From NCBI GenBank assembly GCA_937891425.1, contig CALAGD010000051.1:9956-73955 (forward strand): a DNA stretch of 64,000 nucleotides, written 5' to 3'. The notes beneath the pieces were generated by a model that saw only the letters and a list, made by a program, of their open reading frames with translations, made no database searches and was not told where the DNA came from. The translations under genes and the position numbers were made by a program. The DNA comes from an uncultured Pigmentiphaga sp. (GTDB lineage Bacteria; Pseudomonadota; Gammaproteobacteria; Burkholderiales; Burkholderiaceae_B). This document shows, piece by piece, positions 60,993 to 64,000 of the stretch (within the stretch, counting starts at the first letter, position 1; each line of letters opens with the position of its first letter).

Positions 60993-62650
60993 TGCGCATC
61001 CACGCTACGCCCGCTGGTACCGACTCGCCCCGCGCCCATCATTTCCGATCCATGCACGACTCATACCGCCATTCATTCATGGAACACGCATTGAAAGCAC
61101 CGCCCGGGCGACGCCCGTGGGTGCGCCGCCTTGGCCTTCTCGGCCTGGCCGCCCTGTTCGCAGGATGTGCCACGCCGGACCCCGCGTTGGCCCCAGGCGC
61201 GCGCGACGCAAACGACACTGGACACGGAGCGGCCATCAGCCAGATCAGCCGTGTACCGGCACTGACCCCCGTCAGTTATGCAGCGCATCCGACGAGCATC
61301 CAGGCCCTACCTGGCGAACTGCAACGGCGCTGGGCCAGTACCGGGATCCCCGAAAGTGCCCTGTCGCTGGTCATCGCCGAAGTGGGCCGCCCGCCCATCG
61401 TCGCGATCAACCCGGAGGAGCCGCGCAATCCCGCATCGGTCATGAAACTGGTGACGACCTACGCTGCGCTGCACGCTCTTGGACCCGCCTACACCTGGCA
61501 GACCGGGTTTTTCGCAGGCCCTGGCGCCACGGTCAGCAACGGCCGGCTCAGCACGCCTCTCTACGTCAAGGCGTCAGGCGACCCGACGCTCACTACGGAA
61601 GACGTTTCGGCCGTATTTCGACGGCTGCGCGCACGCGGCATCCGGGTTCTGCCCGGCATCGTGGTCGACCGCTCAGCGTTCGGGCCCATCGGTATTGACC
61701 CCGGCGCCTTCGACGAGCGTCCGGACCGCGTCTACAACGCCAGTCCGGATGCCCTGCTCATCAGTTCGGGAGCCCTGCAAGTGCACTACTTCCCGACGCT
61801 GAACGGCCGAGCCTGGGAGATGGCCGTGGAGCCCCGCATGTCCGGGGTGCGCGTTCAGAGCCAGCTGCGCGCCAGCCAGGGCACATGCAGCGGTCGCCCG
61901 GCCGTCAAGACACAGGTGACACGGCAGTCCGGTACCGTGGTCTTGCAGGTGAGCGGCACGGTGCCGTCCAGTTGCGGCGCGTTCAGCCTGCAGCGCCTTG
62001 TCCTGCCGCCAGCCGAACATGCCGCGCGCGTGCTCCGCAGTCTTTGGGAAGACCTCGGAGGACAGCTCACGGGGCCTGTCACCGACGGTGCCGTGCCCGA
62101 CGGCGCCGTCCTCCTTGCCAGCCAGGAATCGGCGCCACTCGCCACGGTCGTGCGCCAGATCAACAAGGAAAGCGACAACCTGGTCGCCCGCATGCTGCTG
62201 CTCGCCCTGGCGCGTGCCAACGGCGCCGAACCGGTCACGCCCGAGCAGGCGCGAGCGGCCCTGCAGACGGCACTGGCCCGCGCTGGTTTCAAATTTCCTG
62301 AACTGGTGGTCGAAAACGGCGCCGGCCTCTCACGCCAGGCGCGCATCTCCGCGGCCAGTCTGGCCGCCCTGCTGAATCAGGCCTGGCAGTCGCCCCGCAT
62401 GCCTGAATTCGTTTCATCGCTGTCGATTGCCGGTGAAGACGGCACCCTACGCCGCCGTATGCGCGATGGCGTGGCGCGTGGCGCGGCGCACCTCAAGACG
62501 GGTACACTGCGGGATGTAAGCGCTGTGGCCGGTTACGTGACCGGGACCAGCGGCAAACGTTACGTCGTGGTGGCCTTGGTCAACCATGCACAGGCCCACG
62601 CAGCCCGCGACTTCATGGACGAGGTGGTGGCCTGGACGGCAGGGCGGTGA
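60989..62650 (+). CDS. dacB: D-alanyl-D-alanine carboxypeptidase/endopeptidase (PBP4, S13 family)
   Basis: SxxK (ASVMK), SxN (ESDN) and KTG (HLKTG) motifs; lipobox-like LFAGC. The start is uncertain: ATG 60989 (overlaps the upstream stop as ATGA), 61051 or 61078. Confidence 0.9.
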   Translation: MMRIHATPAGTDSPRAHHFRSMHDSYRHSFMEHALKAPPGRRPWVRRLGLLGLAALFAGCATPDPALAPGARDANDTGHGAAISQISRVPALTPVSYAAHPTSIQALPGELQRRWASTGIPESALSLVIAEVGRPPIVAINPEEPRNPASVMKLVTTYAALHALGPAYTWQTGFFAGPGATVSNGRLSTPLYVKASGDPTLTTEDVSAVFRRLRARGIRVLPGIVVDRSAFGPIGIDPGAFDERPDRVYNASPDALLISSGALQVHYFPTLNGRAWEMAVEPRMSGVRVQSQLRASQGTCSGRPAVKTQVTRQSGTVVLQVSGTVPSSCGAFSLQRLVLPPAEHAARVLRSLWEDLGGQLTGPVTDGAVPDGAVLLASQESAPLATVVRQINKESDNLVARMLLLALARANGAEPVTPEQARAALQTALARAGFKFPELVVENGAGLSRQARISAASLAALLNQAWQSPRMPEFVSSLSIAGEDGTLRRRMRDGVARGAAHLKTGTLRDVSAVAGYVTGTSGKRYVVVALVNHAQAHAARDFMDEVVAWTAGR

Positions 62651-62752
62651 CCCCACCGCCGTGCCCACAAGCCACTGCCTCCATGCACGCGACGCTCGAA
62701 CCGGATGGAGACCGGCACGCGCCATCAGGCGGTGCCGCAAGCTGACATAACG

Positions 62753-63610
62753 ATGAACTGGCTCGATTGGCTCAAGCCCTGGGAACCCTCCCCTCTCTTT
62801 ATTGCTGCTTTCCTGGCCTCTGCCATCCTGTTCTGGCGCGGCGAACGGCGCATCCCGGTCAACCCGGTGCGCCGCGCGCTGTTCTGGTCAGGCATGATCA
62901 TTCTGTACCTGACCATGCATACGCGGCTCGATTACTACGCCGAGCGCATGTTCTTCATCCATCGCCTGCAGCACCTGGTGCTGCACCATGTGGGGCCACT
63001 CCTCGTCATGGCGGCCTATCCGGGTTCAGTGATGCGCGCGGGCATGCCGTTGCGCTGGCGCTTCCGGCTGTACCGCTTTCGCCATACGCGCAGCGGGCGC
63101 CTGCTTGAGGGGTTGCTGACCAACCCCTTTCTGGTGTGCACCGCGTTCGTGGCGCTGGTGCTGGTATGGCTGCTTCCCTCGGTGCAGTTCTATGCCATGC
63201 TCGACTGGCGGCTGTACCGTTTCATGAACTGGACCGTCGTCATCAGCGGCCTGCTGTACTGGAACATATTGCTCGACCGGCGTCCCAGCCCACCCGCAGC
63301 ACTGTCGCCGGGGCTGCGCGTGCTGGTGCCCGCCCTGACCATGACCCCGCAGATGATCGCGGGCGCCATCCTCACGTTCAGCGAACGCGATTTCTATCCG
63401 GTATACGCAGTATGCGGTCGGGCGCTCGATTACGGCGCCGTGCTCGACCAGAACCTGGGCGGACTGATCATGTGGGTGCCCGCAGGCATGGTGGAATCCA
63501 TCGGCGCGATCATTGCCTTGCGTACGCTGATGCGCCTGTCGGCCGAGGGGCGATACCGGCGCAAGACACACACGCCAGCCCGCGCCCAGGCACGCACCGG
63601 ACCCGCGTGA
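62753..63610 (+). CDS. Cytochrome c oxidase assembly factor CtaG-like (Caa3_CtaG family) membrane protein
   Basis: Polytopic, with HRLQHLVLHHVGPLL ... LDQNLGGLIMWVP motifs typical of the family. Start at MNWLDW (ATG 62753). Confidence 0.65.
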   Translation: MNWLDWLKPWEPSPLFIAAFLASAILFWRGERRIPVNPVRRALFWSGMIILYLTMHTRLDYYAERMFFIHRLQHLVLHHVGPLLVMAAYPGSVMRAGMPLRWRFRLYRFRHTRSGRLLEGLLTNPFLVCTAFVALVLVWLLPSVQFYAMLDWRLYRFMNWTVVISGLLYWNILLDRRPSPPAALSPGLRVLVPALTMTPQMIAGAILTFSERDFYPVYAVCGRALDYGAVLDQNLGGLIMWVPAGMVESIGAIIALRTLMRLSAEGRYRRKTHTPARAQARTGPA

Positions 63611-63636
63611 TGCGCACCGCGGGTCCGCCCCGGACC

Positions 63637-64000
63637 TTACGCGGTACCGCCCACCGTAAGCCCGTCGATGCGCAGCGTGGGCTGGCCAACACCTACCGGC
63701 ACGCTCTGCCCTTCCTTGCCGCAGGTGCCTACACCCGAGTCAAGGCGCATGTCGTTGCCCACCATCTGCACCTGTTGCATGGCTTCGGGCCCGCTGCCGA
63801 TGAGGGTGGCGCCCTTCACCGGCCGGGTAACCTTGCCGTTTTCGATGAGGTATGCCTCGGATGCCGTGAACACGAACTTGCCGCTGGTGATGTCGACCTG
63901 GCCCCCGCCAAAGTTCACCGCGTACAGGCCGCGGTCGACCGAAGCGATGATCTCTTCCGGGTCGTACTCGCCCGCAGGCATGTACGTATTGGTCATGCGC
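63637..64000 (-). CDS. tldD: Metalloprotease TldD, C-terminal part (gene continues past the right edge)
   Basis: [67 protein letters not shown]...VGGTA is nearly collinear with the E. coli TldD C-terminus. Confidence 0.9.
   Translation of the reverse strand, partial: RMTNTYMPAGEYDPEEIIASVDRGLYAVNFGGGQVDITSGKFVFTASEAYLIENGKVTRPVKGATLIGSGPEAMQQVQMVGNDMRLDSGVGTCGKEGQSVPVGVGQPTLRIDGLTVGGTA

Noticed and set aside
1-64000. Looked for CRISPR arrays, tRNA/rRNA genes, IS elements, integrases, known defence-system genes and long direct or tandem repeats
   Set aside because: None recognised by eye. All GGTTCGAA-like strings fall inside coding regions or inside the pgk terminator, and no regularly spaced repeats were seen. 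This is a visual scan only; tRNAscan, Infernal, a CRISPR finder and defence-system HMMs should be run to confirm.

Overview
GC-rich (visibly above 60% GC) chromosomal window. The proteins look betaproteobacterial, Burkholderiales/Alcaligenaceae-like, but that is inference from sequence resemblance only. I call about 59 protein-coding genes. By eye I recognised no rRNA, tRNA, CRISPR array, IS element, transposase or integrase; no search tool was run.

Layout:
- 1-8777, minus strand: a tightly coupled conjugation-type type IVb pilus block (pilL-N-O-P-Q-R-S plus a truncated pilV-like prepilin). This is the only clearly accessory-looking part, and it is cut by the left edge.
- 8.9-23.2 kb: PNPOx-like gene, ugpB-ugpQ, dadA, a ferredoxin reductase, panD, an in-line ectR-ectABCD ectoine/hydroxyectoine operon, an alpha/beta hydrolase, an EAL phosphodiesterase and an MFS transporter.
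- 23.2-38.4 kb: complete nuoA-N operon followed by a DUF2818 gene.
- 38.5-46.1 kb: outer-membrane barrel plus Tat-exported amidohydrolase pair, then a DUF1656/HlyD/FUSC/OMF efflux operon.
- 46.3-50.6 kb: pgk-gap-tkt.
- 50.8-64 kb: rsmE, orphan barstar, maeB, a degenerate FAD-domain-like ORF, a lytic transglycosylase, ubiD, yqjD-yqjE-yqjK-like genes, an EamA transporter, dacB, a CtaG-like gene and truncated tldD.

I did not find a convincing wholly new multi-gene system. The best leads are:
- the pilus block and its prepilin, whose leader is abnormally long (61-75 aa) and Arg-rich;
- two long divergent intergenic regions carrying orphan terminator-like hairpins (candidate sRNAs or attenuators);
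- a break of the usual context upstream of nuoA;
- an orphan barstar gene.

The many long ORFs antisense to real genes are treated as GC-rich shadow ORFs. The ORF track uses ATG/GTG/TTG starts. Several starts were re-placed from Shine-Dalgarno (SD) and signal-peptide evidence that I read directly in the sequence.
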